Origin: Candidatus Woesearchaeota archaeon
GTDB taxonomy: Archaea; Nanobdellota; Nanobdellia; SCGC-AAA011-G17; JAGVZH01
Length of the DNA: 37,235 bases
Reading direction: 5' to 3'
NCBI GenBank assembly: GCA_018302745.1
Contig: JAGVZH010000014.1
Location: forward strand, 1-37,235
The translations under genes were made by a program, and so were the position numbers. Numbering within the stretch: position 1 is the stretch's first letter; every line of letters starts with the position of its first letter. The notes under the pieces were generated by a model that did no database searches, was not told the DNA's origin, and saw nothing but the letters and a program-made list of their open reading frames with translations. Shown here piece after piece: positions 36,015 through 37,235 of this stretch.

Positions 36015-36671
36015 CTAATGTCTCCCACGCAGGGCGCCAAGAAAGCAAGCGAAATCAATAATGGCCCTGAAATCGGAATAGCTGTTGAAATCACACAGCC
36101 GCGAAGCCTGCCCAAGAAATTCCTTATCCGCATCCCTTAAAGTGCTTTGCACATAATCAGGCATAAGTACGAAAACGCATGGGGTTATTCCAGCTTCTAC
36201 AAACATTTCCATGTTTAAACCGAAATTTTCTTCATCAGGACCATAAATTCTCTGAGCAGCCCTTCTTTGTTCAGAATTTAATTTATGAACAGCTTTAGGA
36301 TCAACTTCAAAACGACCATATCGATAATCTTCAATCACGAGTCTTAATTCTTCCAAATCAATGACAACACTATCCTCATGCTCTAAAGACTTTTTAGCAG
36401 CTTCAGCGTCAAGAAAATAGTTTCCGTTAATTAATTGCCAGGAGGTTTTGTCAATATTTTGCAAAACTAAATTTTGTGGTCTACGAGTAATAGCCCATAA
36501 AGGCTTTCCTTTTTGGACAGTATAAAGTGCGCCATCAGCAGTATAAAGCTGTTGATGTCTTAATCCATCCTTGGTTCTTCGCTCAATCGTAATCTCATCT
36601 ACATGCTGAAATGTGCCTAGCCCTAATTCTTTGTAATTCAATAAATTTCCAATAATGTTTTCTAATGCCAT
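36015..36671 (-). CDS. Hypothetical protein, probable DGR target-type protein with C-terminal variable-region-like segment
   Basis: C-terminus ASRLCDFNSYSDFRAIIDFACFLGALRG, GC-richer and almost all NNY codons. Confidence 0.6.
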   Translation of the reverse strand: MALENIIGNLLNYKELGLGTFQHVDEITIERRTKDGLRHQQLYTADGALYTVQKGKPLWAITRRPQNLVLQNIDKTSWQLINGNYFLDAEAAKKSLEHEDSVVIDLEELRLVIEDYRYGRFEVDPKAVHKLNSEQRRAAQRIYGPDEENFGLNMEMFVEAGITPCVFVLMPDYVQSTLRDADKEFLGQASRLCDFNSYSDFRAIIDFACFLGALRGRH

Positions 36672-36826
36672 TTTAATCTCCTTTTCAATATGTTTGATAC
36701 TTCATAGCTAATTTACTCATTTATAAAGCTTTCTATTTGTTACTACTTTAATAGAGTAATTAATCTATATCAATAATGTCTCCAACCTTAACATCATTAT
36801 CTAAAGTAAAATTAGCATTAAAAGAT

Positions 36827-36873
36827 TATAGTAAATTATACTATATGGATAAAATAATAGAAAGATTTAAAAA
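36827..36873 (+). promoter_or_regulatory. Palindromic operator candidate plus BRE/TATA
   Basis: TATAGTA-N5-TACTATA (36827-36845); GAAAGATTTAAAAA (36860-36873). Confidence 0.4.
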
Positions 36874-36904
36874 CCTTTAAATCATCTGGAGTATAAACTA
36901 AAGT

Positions 36905-37159
36905 ATGGATTATAATCAAAATACTATAGCAGTCTTGAGAAGATTATTCACAAAAAGAAGGATTGGCGGCAAACATACTGAAGAGAAAAATGTCTTAAGA
37001 TGGTTAAAAAATTTATCTCCTGAAGACAAAAATTTGGCTTTAAAAGACTGGGATAAAGCAATAAAAGATGGTTTGGTGTTGAAGCAGAAGAAGACAAAGG
37101 AATGGCATGTAAGTTTAAACCCCAGAAGATTAAAAGATATTCATAATTTAATAAAATAA
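36905..37159 (+). CDS. Small basic hypothetical protein (possible wHTH fold)
   Basis: 84 aa, GGKHT...HVSLNP; promoter-like element upstream. Confidence 0.75.
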   Translation: MDYNQNTIAVLRRLFTKRRIGGKHTEEKNVLRWLKNLSPEDKNLALKDWDKAIKDGLVLKQKKTKEWHVSLNPRRLKDIHNLIK

Positions 37160-37164
37160 TAAAA

Positions 37165-37235
37165 ATGAAAAAAGAAACAGGAATATTTTGTGAAGTTTTT
37201 GGAGATAATCCTCAAAATAGAATACTGGAATTTTT
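37165..37235 (+). CDS. Partial ORF, possible wHTH regulator
   Basis: MKKETGIFCEVFGDNPQNRILEF..., open to window end, 5 nt after previous stop. Confidence 0.55.
   Translation, partial: MKKETGIFCEVFGDNPQNRILEF

Overview
AT-rich chromosomal segment of a small-genome archaeon, most likely DPANN (Woesearchaeota/Pacearchaeota-like). This is inferred from class III signal-peptide pilins, ABCE1, GatD/GatE, deoxyhypusine synthase, TrmB, ATP-dependent ligase, intron-containing tRNAs and TATA boxes about 22 nt ahead of leaderless starts. It is mostly housekeeping and translation genes, with four tRNAs. Notable features: (1) a bacterial-type acyl-activation and acyl-transfer cassette (adenylation-ACP-PlsC fusion, AcpS, alpha/beta hydrolase, MFS); (2) a ~2.2 kb mosaic of apparently foreign DNA that splits a DUF504/MJ1316-like gene and carries a three-intron tRNA-Leu(CAA), lemA, a broken htpX and an RNase J stub; (3) three tandem hairpins sharing a YGCCCAA loop upstream of ftsZ, plus more structure downstream; (4) an ABCE1 that has lost the Cys ligands of one Fe-S cluster; (5) a probable orphan DGR target gene; (6) several microproteins below the ORF-track cutoff. 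No CRISPR array, rRNA, integrase, transposase or reverse transcriptase was seen. All family calls come from motif recognition by eye, not from database searches.
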